This document shows, piece after piece, positions 43,405 to 56,620 of a stretch of 64,000 nucleotides of DNA. Origin of the DNA: Octopus sinensis (lineage: Eukaryota); assembly GCF_006345805.1 (NCBI RefSeq), contig NW_021837027.1, forward strand, positions 1-64,000, in the 5' to 3' direction. Below the pieces are notes generated by a model. The model made no database searches and was not told where the DNA came from. It saw only the letters and a program-made list of their open reading frames with translations. The translations under genes and the position numbers were made by a program. The stretch's first letter is position 1. Each line of letters opens with the position of its first letter.

Positions 43405-43669
43405 ACGTATGTTCCCCGTCTTCAAGGTGTCCATAACAGGATTAGATCCCAATGCCATGTACACTTTGCTGTTGGATTTTGCCCAAGTGGATAACCACAG
43501 ATGGAAGTATGTCAATGGTGAATGGGTTGCCGGAGGAAAAGCAGAACCAGCCGCACCGAATTCTGTCTACATCCACCCAGATTCGCCAAATTTCGGTGCA
43601 CATTGGATGCGGGAGCCAACATCATTCAGCAAGGTGAAACTTACCAATAAACTCAACGGAGGCGGACAG
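43405..43669 (+). CDS. TBXT: Brachyury (T-box transcription factor T) internal coding exon, N-terminal half of T-box
   Basis: Polypyrimidine tract + cag acceptor (43402-43404) and gtaaat donor at 43670. Encodes (R)[88 protein letters not shown]. The [21 protein letters not shown] and [11 protein letters not shown] motifs are Brachyury-type (Lys in LTNK where other T-box families have Asn). Confidence 0.97.
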
Positions 43670-44749
43670 GTAAATAATATTTCATTTAATAATACAAATG
43701 TTGCCAGTAGGGACCAGAGAGCAGGAACAAAGCTAACCCACCAAAACAAAAGCTGCGATTCTGTTTCAATTTTTGGTTGGATCCATTTCGAAGTTAAATA
43801 TTACATTTCGTAGGAATTGATATGATAACGGTTTCGTAAGATAAAAGACAAAAAGAGTTTATTAAAATTCTAAAAAAAAAAAAAGTAAAATGTCCGACGA
43901 GAATGTTTAAGGTTTGAGTAGAACTCTTCAATACGAGAATAAAATGTTTGACATATTTTCTAAAAATATAAAAAAAAGGAAGCTGGTTTTCCGTCGCTTA
44001 CGACGACGAGTCTTCCAGTTTTCCGTCGCTTACGACGACGAGTCTTCCAGTTGGTCCGATCGACAGAACAGCCTGCTCATGAAACTAACGTGCAAGTGGT
44101 TGAGTACTCCACAAACATGCGTACCCTTAAATATAGTTCTCGGGGAGATTCAGCATGACACAAAATCTAACAAGGTTGGCCCCTTTTGAATTACTGGTAC
44201 AACTCATTTATTGCCAGCTGAGTAGACTGAAGTGTCTTGCTGAAGGACACAACGCGCCAACGAGAATCGAACTCGTAACTCTACGATCATGAGCTGAATA
44301 TTCCCTAACCACTGAGCCTTTCTATTCATGTTAACGTCGATTTGAAATTATTTATTGAAGCTCTGTCACATCTACAATCCATCGGAAGATGATGAACGCC
44401 ATAACTTCTTCCACTTCCCTCATTATCAAAGAATATCGGACCTGGTGCCGAATTAGAAAGAGACCAATCTGAATCCAGTTATTGTTCCTATTACGGGTGT
44501 CGTAGTTTGCGGTGGTGGTGGTGGTGGTGGTGGTGGTAGTGTAGGAGTGGTTGTGAAGATGTCAAAGTGAGCAAGTTTATAAAATTGTAGTGGTAGGCAT
44601 GGTTGTGTGGTAAGAAGTTTACTTCCCCACTACGTGGCTCCAGGTTCAGTCTCACTGCGTGGCACCTTGGGAAAGTGTCTTCTACTATAATCTACGAGCC
44701 GATCAAAGCCATGTGAGTGCATTTGGTAGACGGTAACTGAAAGAAGCCC

Positions 44750-44787
<38 letters not shown>

Positions 44788-44790
<3 letters not shown>

Positions 44791-46048
44791 TCTGCGTAAG
44801 GTATTTGAGGACATAGCTTTTTTGGGGTCATTGCTGCATTTTTTGCTTACTCTGTATAATCTTTATTTTAGAAAATATTAATGGCAGACCCTCAGCTTAC
44901 TCAAGAAATGAAGAGGCATGCTGTTATTCTGGTTATAAATGCTAAGCGATTTAGAACTATCACGATTTTTTAAAGTTGCCAGACCTTTCATCTACAAAGT
45001 TTGTAAGAAGCTAGAAACTGAAGATGAAACATTTCGCCAGTATCAAAGCATAAAAAGCATTCTAAATGCTCTGAAATCATCAGAACACCTGAATTTAACC
45101 AGCAAGTTCAACAGATCATTGAAAATCCCAAAAAATCCTTGAGGTCAATTGCAAAAGATCTCCATCTGTCAGAAGGAACAGTCAGAAATGTTGTCCACGA
45201 AGACATCAGGATATAAGTCTTATATGATGAGGAAAGGTCAATTGGTCAGAAACAGCAAAAGAAAATCACTACATCAGATCAAAAAGGCTCTTAAACAAAC
45301 AGAAAAATCCAGCAGAAGAAGACTTGATTTGGTTTTTCTCAAACGAGAAAAACTTTGACAAAGATAAAAAAAGTTAACAGAAGAAATGACAGATGGTTAT
45401 GTGCAGACCCTTCTGAAGTTCCAAGTGTTATGCATACAAAATTTCCTGCAACTGTCATGGTTTTAGGGGTTGTCAGCAATGAAGGACATGTGATGCCTTC
45501 TTACTTCTTTCCACAAGGCCTTAGAGTTAACTCTACCGCCTACATTAAGGTCCTGGAAATAATTGTTAAGCCCTGGATAGACAGTACATGCAATGGAAGG
45601 TCATATGTGTTTCAGTAAGACTCTGCATTATCACACATGACTGTAGTAACTCAGGAATGAATGGCTGAAAATTTTCATGATCACATAACCCTTAACATTT
45701 GACCTCCTAATTCCCCAGATCTCAACCCATTGGACTATTACATGTGGAGCGTTGTTGAGAGAGAGGTCAATGAACACGCCCATAACTCAGGAAAGATTCT
45801 TTGAAAGCTGCCATAGTCAGAGTAAAGTCCAAAATGAACCAGGACCACTTCATTCGAGCATGTAGATGATTTTGATCTCATATAGAAGCAGTTGTTGAAG
45901 CTGAAGGTGGCTTTATTGAATAACATTATAGAAAAGAAGGTTTATTTTTATCCTCATAATATTTTTTTGATAAATAAAGTTGTTATCTGTTATTATATAT
46001 CTTTTTTTTATAAACATAAATCTGTCCTCAAATATCTTACGCACCCGG
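44788..46048 (+). mobile_element. Full-length decayed Tc1/mariner element, DD37D (maT) family
   Basis: TIRs tgcgtaaggtatttgaggaca / tgtcctcaaatatcttacgca with TA flanks. Transposase remnants HTKFPATVMVLGVVS, YVFQ*DSA...PPNSPDLNPLDY, with 37 residues between the last two Asp. Multiple stops and frameshifts; lies in a Brachyury intron. Confidence 0.9.
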
Positions 46049-46130
46049 TACATATATATATACATAGATGCATACATACATACATACATACATACATACA
46101 TACATACATACATACATACATACATACATT

Positions 46131-46885
46131 CTTTTATTCTTTTACTTGTTTCAGTCAATTGACTGCGGCCATGCTGGAATACTGCCTTTAGTTGAACAAA
46201 TCGACCCTGGGTCATATCCTTTGTAAGCCTGGTACTTATTCTATCGATCTCTTTGGCTAAACTGCTACGTTATGGGGACGTAAACACACTAACATTGGTT
46301 GTCAAGTGCTGCTGGGGGGACAAATACAGACACACACGCAAATATATGCATATATATGGACAAAATCAAAAGCAAACTCGATGAACATTAGTGGAATTTG
46401 TAGTTTTGTGGAACCAGTGCCGGTGACACATACGAAAACCATCCGAAGGTGGCCGTAGCCAGTACCGCATTGACTGGCCTCCGTGCCGGTGGCACGTAAA
46501 AAACACCATCCGAGCGTGGCCGTTCGCCAGCCTCGTCTGGCACCTGTGTCGGTGGCACATAAAATCACCCACTACACTCTCGGAGTGGTTGGCGTTAGGA
46601 GGGGCATCCAGCTGTAGAAACACTGCCAGATCTGACTGGCCTGGTGCAGCCTTCGGGCTTCCCAGACCCCAGTTGAACCGTCCAACCCATGCTAGCATGG
46701 AAAGCAGACGTTAAACGATGATGATGTATACGACGGGCTTCTTTCAGTTTCCATCTACCAAATCTACTTACAAGCCTTTAGTCGGCCAGAGGCTATAGTA
46801 GAAGGCACTTCCCCAAGGTGCCACGCAGAAGGACTGAACCCGGAACCATGTGGCTGGGAAGCAAGCTTCTTACCGCACAGCCAAA
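46131..46885 (-). mobile_element. Family B SINE interrupted by an RTE-related short element (46385-46727, +)
   Basis: SINE tail 46131-46330 and head 46730-46885 flank an insert containing ggttggcgttaggaggggcatccagctgtagaaa (RTE-type UTR motif) and ending aaacgatgatgatg. Confidence 0.75.
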
Positions 46886-47582
46886 TATTAATGTGTGTGT
46901 TTGTCCTCTACCACCGCTTGACAACCGGGGTTGGTGTGTTTATATCCCTGTAACTTAACGATTCCGTAAAAGATAGAATGAGAACCAGACTTAAAAAAGG
47001 AAGTCCTGGCGTTGTTTCATTCGACTAAAAATTCTTCGATGCGGTGCCCCAGCATGGCCACAGTCTAATGACTGGAACAAGTAAAAAAGATTAAAAAATA
47101 AACTGACATCGGACTCATTCTACACCAAACTAGCAGCACCCGACCCCCGACCCCTGATTAAGGACACCAAGATATTTTGTCATCCACAAAACATTAACAA
47201 TCACCGTCATGGAAGTCTCGACTCAGTCACTGAATCTGCTAGAAATAATAGCCAAATCTGTCTTGAATTCCGTCTTAAAGGAGGTACATGCTAGATGATG
47301 TAGTCCTAGATAACCCTGGGTGGCCGTGACTGGAATGTCCTTGGATTGATCTGGGGTTAAACTACAATAACCGTTATAATAATATCTGGTTTAGGGACTA
47401 GGGTAAGAAAGTGAGAAGTGGTGCGGGCAGGGGTTACTGGTTCTTGATTGGCTCTTTATCGAACCCGGATGGGATAACGGTTGAAGTTGACCCCGACGGG
47501 ATTTGAACTCAGAATTGAAAAGAAATGTGATCGAATAACACACGGTATTTTGTCCACGTTTCTTTACTCATATCTGAAGACA

Positions 47583-47817
47583 ATGATGATGATGATGATG
47601 ACGACAGCGACGACAGTGGCGATGAGGGTGAGGTGGAGAAAGATGATGAAGACGAGGATGATGAGGAGGGGGAGGAAGAAGACGAAGAAGAGGAGGAAGA
47701 GGAGGAGGAGGAAGAAGAAGAAGAAGAAGAAGATGATGATGATGATGATGATGAGGAGGAGGAGGAAGAAGAAGAAGAAGAAGATGATGATGATGATGAG
47801 GAGGAGGAGGAGGATGT

Positions 47818-47848
<31 letters not shown>

Positions 47849-48323
47849 AATGATAATGATGAGGAGGAGGAGGAGAAGGAGAGGGTAATGTTGATGATAA
47901 TGTTGACAATTAACAAAGAGACAACGATGATGAATTTCCAGGTGTTTCGTACCCGGGTAGAAAGAATTGTAAAACAACAAATACCAAAAAAAACAAAAAC
48001 AAACTAAAAAATAAAAAGAAAGTAAAAAAAAGATGGTGTAACTCGGTGTAACTGCTGTGCGTGTCTTGAGCATGCTTTCCACCATGTTGAAGAAGAAGAA
48101 GAAGAAGAGAAGAAGAAGAAGAAGAAGAAGAAGAAGAAGAAGAGAAGAAGAAGAAGAAGAAGAAGAAGAAGAAGAAGAAGGAATAGTAGAAGAAGAAGAA
48201 GAAGAAGAAGAAAGTAGAGAAGAAGAAGAAGAAGAAGAAGAAGAAGAAGAAGAAGAAGAAGAAGAAGAAGAAGAAGAAGAAGAAGAAGAAGAAGAAGAAA
48301 AAAGAAGAAGAAGAAGAAGAAGA
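47583..48323 (+). repeat. Compound (GAT/GAG/GAA)n and long (GAA)n microsatellites in Brachyury intron
   Basis: Mixed GAN triplets at 47583-47885; interrupted (GAA)n at 48089-48323. Confidence 0.95.
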
Positions 48324-49192
48324 ATGCTAGCTTAAAGGATCATCTACAAATCCCTTGCTTCCTAAAATATGTGTTCGTGTGCCTGACTGGTAAATTAGGG
48401 GCCGAGAAATGTGATGTCTACAAACTGTAGGGAGTTATTTGAGGAGGGAGCGGGGAGAGGGAAGTGGTGATGGTGGAAATTGTAAACATTTTGGCAGAGA
48501 CTCGTGTTTGGTCAACTTTATTTACTTAATGGATTGGAATGCCTCGCAGATGCTCGTTTTTTTAACATCATCATCATCATTATCATCATCATCCTCATCT
48601 TCCGCTTCCTCCTCCTCCTCCTCTTCCTCATCATCATCATCATCATCATCATCATTATTATAAATACGTGGCCGGAGCGGAACTGAGGTGGGGAGGTCTA
48701 TTTATAGATTTAGGTGGTAATGGTCAGTCAAAGAGAGGTGGTGTGTAAGTAGGAAGGTGGTGGTGGTGGTGGTGGTGGTAGAGGATTACACGAAGATAAC
48801 AAAAGGAAGAAAGAGTGAATGGAGAGAGAGAGAGAGAGAGAATGGAATGTGCTAGAGAGGGGGGTGGGGTGGATAAGGTAAGTGGATTAAAAAAGGTAGA
48901 AGTAAACAGAGTGATATATATATATATATATATGTATGTATATATATATGTTTGTGTGTGTGTGTGTGTAAAGGAAAAGTAAGAAGAAAAAAGCGAAAAT
49001 GCACATTAAATATAAAAAAATAAGCGCTTTTTTTTATGAAAAGTAGTGATAGATAAATAGAATTAGATGAACTGAGGTAGAATTAAGAGGAATTAAATTC
49101 ATTATTGTGAATTGTTAAAAAGATTCAAAGTCAAACTGGTGCTGTTCACTGGCTTTCAATGCGCACCGAGTATCAAACGGTGTCGTGTCTTT

Positions 49193-49235
<43 letters not shown>

Positions 49236-50298
49236 ACAAAAATACGTGGAGAAAATCACATCTTTAATTGTAGAAAATACATGTTATCACATATTAACTA
49301 ATTTGGGATCGCCTTGAAAACGTTGTATTTCCAGATATATCAGTTTGGATGACATTTCATGTATCTAAATATGGCGATACAACAGAAACGGTCGACGACT
49401 TTCTTTGGTGAATTCAACAATTAAAGATGTGATTTTCTCTATCCCTAGTTTTGTGGTCTAATACTCTGCATTTCTTGAAATTCTTCTAAATGCTATTTAG
49501 ATCTATTCGTCATCCGTAAGGAATTCCTTTGGATGTGTATTCTACTTGCATTGATTGGTGTTTGATTGCTGGATATTGTTAACCAAATTCGGTTAAAGAC
49601 AAGTGTTTTAATGACATCTGCCTGGGTTTTTTTAATCCCTTGTTTTCTTTTTCTCTTACAATACATACATACATACATACATACATACATACATGGATAC
49701 ATACATACATACATACATGGATACATACATACATACATACATACATACATACATACATACATACATACATACATACACACACACATACATACATACATGG
49801 ATACATACATGGATACATACATACATACATACATACATACATACATACATACACACCACACACATACATACATACATGGATACATACGTGGATACATACA
49901 TACATACATACATACATACATACATACATACATACACACATACATACATATACACACATACATACATACATACACACACATACATACATACACACACATA
50001 CATACATACACACACATACATACATACACACACATACATACACACACACATACATACATACATACACACATACATACATACATACATACATACACACATA
50101 CATACATACATACATACACACACATACATACATACATATACACACATACATACATACATACATACATACATTCATACATACATACATACATACATACATA
50201 CATACATACATACATACATACACACATACATACACACACATACATACATATACACACATACATACATACATACATAAATACATACATACATACATACA

Positions 50299-50333
<35 letters not shown>

Positions 50334-50334
50334 T

Positions 50335-50990
50335 TGGGTATACAGGGGGGGCTAGAAAGAAGTTAGATAACATTATACGTAATGAAACCAGTGGTACCTG
50401 TCCTGGATATAGAATGCAAAGACTGGAATAGGTTACAAAGAACTTGTGACAAAGCAAACAGGGCGAACACGTGGTACAAAACCGATAAATATCAAGGAGT
50501 GATGTTTGGAGAGGCCACAGCCCATAGAGAACCAGCCCGTAGATTTAGGAAAGCTCTGAAGGGGGCCAAACTCAACAGTAAGATTGTTGAAAAGCCAGGG
50601 AGCTCTATCTGATCACAACTTTGAGAATGCCACATTCACCAATGATGACTTCATAGTATGTAGGATTGGCCCTGGCATTAACTGTAGAACTAGAAATGTA
50701 GTCTACAGCATAAGGTGCATAGAGGGCGCTGGTAAAGACAAAAACATGATATACATTGGTGAGACATCTAGGAACATTGCGGAAAGACTAAATGGACATC
50801 TGAGACAATATGACGATGAAAAACAGTCCTCCATTCTCTACCAGCACGCCAAGGACCAACATGGAGGCAACCTGGGTCAACTTGACATCCGCATTTTATC
50901 GAAGCACCCGAAGGACCCAACACTCAGACAAATACAGGGGTACATTCTCATAAATAAAACATCCCCAGTACTAAATAGGCAAATTTAAGT
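50335..50990 (+). mobile_element. Penelope-like element fragment (linker + GIY-YIG endonuclease)
   Basis: KIVEKPG, NCRTRNVVYSIRC...IYIGETSRNIAERLNGH...HAKDQHGG...LN: VVY/YIG motif with the conserved Arg and His. Confidence 0.85.
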
Positions 50991-51574
50991 AGTAGGTAGT
51001 CATACCCCTATACCCGCAGTTTATACATATATACGGGTAGAATAGTTAGTGGGCTGTTATTTATGTGTGTGTATATGTATATATGTGTGTGTGTGTGTGT
51101 GTGTATGTATATGTATGTAGGTAAATGGATATGAATATAAACAGATAGACATACAGATAGATACATACATAAATAATATGAACAGACGAGCACACACACA
51201 CACATATACATACGCAAATGAAGACTGAAACATGTGACATATACACACACACACACACACTTCACACAAAGACACACATGGAGATACACATCCATACATA
51301 ACAGACGCGGTACACAGACACACTCAGACATGCGCACACAAGGAGACAGAGGTACACACACATGCAAACACACATACATGCATATATGCATACACACACA
51401 TACATGCATGCATACGTACATTCATACATACATACATACATACATACATACATACATACATACATACATACATACATACATACATACATTCATACATACA
51501 TACATACAAACATATGTGCATGCGTACCCACACACATGCGCACAAACAAACAAGAAGAACGCAGCTCAGATAAC

Positions 51575-51837
51575 GAACAGAGTCAGATCGCGCGACTGAA
51601 GGACAACAGCTGGACAATCAAGGTGTTGGAATGGACAGCAAAACAATGGACAAGGTCAAGAGGCCGACCAACGAAAACTTTAGGAAAATAATTAAGTAAA
51701 TGAGTGGAAACTTAACCGGTGAATGTGTTAAATAATAAGACACTAAAAGAGAATGACTCTCCCCATACACAACAAAATATTCTTTAACACACGAACTCAC
51801 ATAAAGAATCTTGCAAACCTAAACCAAAAATGAAATA

Positions 51838-51886
<49 letters not shown>

Positions 51887-52370
51887 TATATTATATTAAG
51901 CTGTCGTCTGTCCAAATTTGGCCAAATGCATTTTCTTTTTTTTCAATATATACTTTTGCTTCCAATAGCCAGTTCTTTTGGTCAAACTATCGTATCTCCA
52001 GCTGCTTCAGTTGCCAAGATATCAAAAAGTGAAGTACAACGTTTTTGCTACGGAATGGTGAAACTATTGTTTCGTTTTCTGACAAAGCAACGCTTTGGAC
52101 ATACGACACTTTTGCATAATAACAACGATATATATAATTCAGTATAATAATATCCCGGGCTTCATTGCTCCTGAAGTGCGGAACCCCTCCCTCGAGGTCC
52201 CAGATTGCGGGTGAGATCATCTCGCCATCTTGTCTTTGGTCGGCCTCTTGACCTTGTCCATTGTTTTGGTGTCCATTCCATCGCCCTGGTTGTCCTTCAG
52301 TCACGCGATCTGGCTAATCCATTTATGGTTGTTCCCGGTTCTTATAATGTCATTGACTCTCGTGCGCACG
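51575..52370. mobile_element. Two short RTE fragments in opposite orientation (51575-51690 +, 52200-52370 -) with a ~210-bp MITE between
   Basis: IARLKDNSWTIKVLEW...RSRGRP and its reverse-strand paralog. MITE TIRs tgtcgtctgtccaaa (51902) / tttggacatacgaca (52093). Confidence 0.6.
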
Positions 52371-52391
52371 CGAGTCAGCGCACATAAGTGA

Positions 52392-52486
<95 letters not shown>

Positions 52487-52703
52487 TACAAACGTATATA
52501 CGCACACATACCCACACATATTATATACACTTTAAATTTCGAATTATGCCATATACAATACGATAATTAACATATTATTAAAATAACATAAACATTATTA
52601 ACAGACTTCAAACTTCGGTTGGTTCAAATAATTTGAATCCCGGAGTCTGAGGGACTGAAATTTTGCTCTGATTGCTGAGTTCATTCTCCTCTCTTCTTAC
52701 CAG

Positions 52704-52844
52704 ATCATGTTAAATTCCCTTCACAAGTACGAACCCAGATTACACATTGTCAAAGTCAGTTGTCGTTCGGATCGAAAGAGCGTGATGACTTACAGTTTCG
52801 TTGAGACCCAGTTTATTGCTGTCACTGCTTACCAAAATGAAGAA
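52704..52844 (+). CDS. TBXT: Brachyury next coding exon, C-terminal part of T-box
   Basis: Acceptor tctcctctcttcttaccag and donor gtaagt at 52845; 141 nt, phase 0/0. Encodes [47 protein letters not shown], continuing directly from GGGQ of the previous exon across a 9034-nt intron. Confidence 0.97.
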
Positions 52845-53529
52845 GTAAGTGAAGGATTTCTTATGAAAATTTTCGGGTTTTTTTGTTGTTTTTTTTTTGC
52901 ATGATTTTCATTTTCTTCATTTTTAAGTGAAGAAATTTTTCGTTCAATCCTTTTTATTCTAACCTACCTGAGACTGAATCTCTGGATCTTACGATACAAA
53001 TACTTCCAGTTTTAAAAGGATCCAAATTTAAATCTTCCATCAAAATTTCATTTTCATTTATGTTTTAAGCTTAAGATTAATAAAGACCAAATTATTTTAG
53101 AAAATTCTTCATGATTTTCAAAATTGCAAGAGAATTATGGTAAACAAAAGCGTTGAAACGAAATTCCAGTCTTATTTTCTGTGATTATTTTAGTACAAGT
53201 AGACGAATTGTATTTATTATCAATAAAAAATATTTTTGAAAAATTTTGTTCCAGGATAAATGAAAATATAATATTCAAGAAAAAATTTTCGATTAAGTTT
53301 TGATCTTAATTTCTTTATAAATGTTGGCTGGTTGCTTGGTTTCTCTTGTCTTGGATTGTGAGAGAAGGAGAGAGGGAAAGTAGTTAACAGCAAAGATGCA
53401 GGATGATTGCACATACGAGGCTTGGTAGAAGGCAATGATTACTTTCTTTTTAATGAAATTTTACAGAAACGGGTTTTCGTTTGAGTAGATTGCGAATGTG
53501 TTGATTGAATTTGAAAATCTCTCACACAC

Positions 53530-53587
<58 letters not shown>

Positions 53588-53934
53588 ACCTATATATATA
53601 TATTGCAAATATACAAATGAGAAATTCGTTTAATTTAATTTTAAAGTAATAAGTATCCTCGTTTTGATGATTAGTCTTCATTTCATCATTGTTTTTTTTT
53701 CAAACTAAGCAATTTACGCCATTTGTTCCATATATTTTGTTCTTGTATGGAAAGTCAGTCTTCCATTCAGTTTAGAGTTGCCCCACGTAGTATCTGGTTC
53801 TGAAGAGACATAAAATTCTCGAAATGTTTCTACAAGTCTACAGGAGTGTGTTTACATATTTTGCATAGCACATAATTCCGGGTTCGATCCCACCGCATGG
53901 CACCTTGAGCAAGTGTCTTCTCCTTTAAGCATTT

Positions 53935-54165
53935 ATTAACAAAACCTAGTGCCCCAATTATTACTGGTATTAATATGAATTCATATTCTAGATAGAGAAG
54001 CTGGAGGTTTCAAAGCAGTTGTCCATAGATATCCTCTTTTTCTTTGATTTTCAAAGAGTTATTTATATCTGCAGGGCAGCTAACCTCTATGATGGTACAT
54101 ACATTTGTCCCTCTGTCCCAAACAACAATATTCGGGTAACATACCCATGCATAGTCTTTTTTTTT
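53935..54165 (-). mobile_element. REL-endonuclease non-LTR retrotransposon remnant
   Basis: PNIVVWDRGTNVCTIIEVSCPADINNSLKIKEKEDIYGQLL...IPVIIGALG; paralog at 58490-58990 (+). Confidence 0.75.
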
Positions 54166-54655
54166 TTTGTATGCTGAGTACTTTCCATCCAGGTCTTCCA
54201 AGATGCAAGAGGACCCAGCTGTTTTGGGGCTGTATAGAACATTAAGAAGAGAGTGCTTCTTGTGGAGTTCACTGCCAACTCGTACAATGTTGCTCACTTC
54301 ACTTTTCAGGACTTCATTTATATATTTATTTTTGCTGCTGTTGTTTATCGGGTGCTGCCTGAGTGATACCATACGGCACCCGAAGGCACTGATCCCAGGC
54401 TGCTACCACCTTCATTTCTTCTTAGCTAGAGCCTGTCAACATCACTGTTTCTGTGGAAATTTCCAGTTGTTGTCAGGATTTTGCAGGTTTTGGTACCTTT
54501 GGAGTGGATTTTCTCTACAGACTAATCAAGTATCCCAAATGCTGGGTTCAGCACGGGCACTGCAAATGCATTGTGGGATTTTGGCTTGTTGTAAGAAGAG
54601 AGATAGATCGCTAGCCACTTCACATTATTTTCTCTCCTTGTTTCTTTCTGAGTTC

Positions 54656-54691
54656 CTTTCTGAGGAAGAGCGTAGGCTCGAAACGTTAAAG
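54656..54691 (+). ncRNA. Minimal hammerhead ribozyme in PLE pseudo-LTR, sense to Brachyury
   Basis: cttt-CTGAGGA-a-gagc-gtag-gctc-GAAA-cg-TT-aaag; canonical CUGANGA core, acgt palindrome. Confidence 0.7.
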
Positions 54692-54956
54692 ACTTTTTAA
54701 AAATTTCCCGGGCGTTATACTAATACATATATTTGTTGTCTACACCACCTGTCTTCGTCTTTTATTGTTTATTTTTTTTTGTAAATTCTTGCCATAATTT
54801 CCTAAGTCTGGTGTAATATTCTCGGGTCACTCTATCTTTATTCACAATACCTTCATATGATACATTTTCGTCTATGCCTAAGTTCTTGTAACATTCTTTG
54901 CGTGGAATAGCGGAGATAGAGAGACCGTTGATGCACAGGTTTTGGGTATGTATGCA

Positions 54957-54987
<31 letters not shown>

Positions 54988-55338
54988 TGTATGTATGTAT
55001 GTATGTATGTATGTGTGTATGTATGTATATATGTATATAGGTATGTATGTGTGTATGTATGTGTGTATGTATGTAGGTATGTATGTATGTATGTGTGTAT
55101 GTATGTATGTATGTATGTATGTATGTATGTATGTGTGTATGTATGTATGTATGTATGTATGTAGGTATGTATGTATGTATGTATGTATGTGTGTATATAT
55201 ATGGTGTGGATGAGAGGTTTGGAATGGGAGTGGGTACGGAGCGTTGTGTCTGTTATCTCAGAAAGATAGAGGTTGCTGTTATAGAGTAAAAGAGAGGCAC
55301 GAGTTGCATGCGGTCAAGTGAAGACTTGCCTCTCAGTC

Positions 55339-55385
<47 letters not shown>

Positions 55386-55396
55386 TTGATGACGAC

Positions 55397-55470
<74 letters not shown>

Positions 55471-55749
55471 AGCAGTTGCACCAAAAATAAAATAATTTTT
55501 TCCTTAATTGTCAAAGAATTGCTCAGACATAATAAGGAGTCGGGTAGCTAAAAGAGGGAGAATTGTTGTTAGCTTAATTAGCAACAACGAAAAAGCCCTT
55601 TTGACGTGATGAGTGTGTAGGAGGCGCGAACGGGTTTCATTATCGGACGACAGGGACTTCCCTGGTTCAAGTGAGTGATGCGGATTCTGTGATTTGTTAT
55701 TAAGCAACCTACACAAAAGATTTGTGTGATGAAGCGCGTCTAACAAACG

Positions 55750-56620
55750 GCAACCATATCAGTCGCGACATGCCCAGTCTCCATAGCGCGGATGCAGACA
55801 GCAAATGGAGAGTCTGACCAGCAGAATGCGTCTTTTACCCAAAAACTGGAAAAGTAAGCACATGAAGCGGGACAAGGTGATACTGGATGCGATGCAGGCT
55901 TACACAACTTCCGCCTAACCCTTCAGGCATAATTTCCTCTCAGCCCAATTCCGGGTAACACTAGCCACCCTGTTCGTCACCTCTTCCCAGTTCTGTCCAC
56001 CAAGAGGTCTGGACTAAACCCAAACTTGAGCAATTTAACGACGTCGTTGGAGAGCATAGACCTGCCTCTCCAGGTGCTAAGCTGCAAGCTCACAGACTTC
56101 TGGTTAATTTTTGCATCTGTCACCACCCCGTATTCCCTTACGCCGATCATCTTCACTGTGTCTCGTGTCTGACATTATTACGGTGACGTCGTCTGCATCT
56201 GCAAACATAGATCTCGCAGGATGCTCCTCGAAGCCTCCAACTTCTGAAGCTGTAGTTCTAGAATCAGTTTGTTCAGAAGTGGAGAGAGGGGAACCCATGA
56301 CGCACGGAGCGCGCATCATACTGAACGATTCCAACCGGTGGCCATTTATTGTGACCACAAAGCAAATGTCACTGTTCTTTTAGGAAAGCCGCCAAATATT
56401 GCAGGTCGATCCTGTCGAACGCTTTCGATTGAGCTAAGCTGATCAATGCCCCAACCATGTCAGGTTCTTTGCCCGCCCTTTCTATGATGTATGGCGTGAT
56501 ATGGGGGTTGTTGTGGGTGGATCTGACTGGTACGGCGCATGCCTGTGCTTCAGCCACTAGAATATCGGCAAAAAGCGTTTAAATTTTAGCTAACACCTTG
56601 GCCAAAAACCTTCAACGATA
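55750..56620 (-). mobile_element. L1/Tx1-clade LINE RT remnant
   Basis: QACAVPVRSTHNN...ALISLAQSKAFDRID, GSPLS, ADDVTV. An APE fragment (FLVGDWNATLD) lies at ~62075-62215 (-). Confidence 0.7.

Noticed and set aside
43136-43813. 225-aa ORF as a single-exon T-box gene
   Set aside because: Only 43405-43669 is T-box; the flanks are intron read-through past clear splice sites.
47481-48335. Poly-Glu/Asp, poly-Ser and poly-His ORFs
   Set aside because: Trinucleotide microsatellites with no splice or domain support.
49493-50457. Long ORFs of YIHT/MYVC repeats (also near 3.9, 4.6, 37.2, 51.3 and 55 kb)
   Set aside because: Translations of (TACA)n/(CA)n microsatellites, open in several frames on both strands; not genes.
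53796-53836. ctgaaga-gaca...tctc-gaaa-tgtt-tc hammerhead-like string
   Set aside because: Stem I does not pair and stem II is weak.
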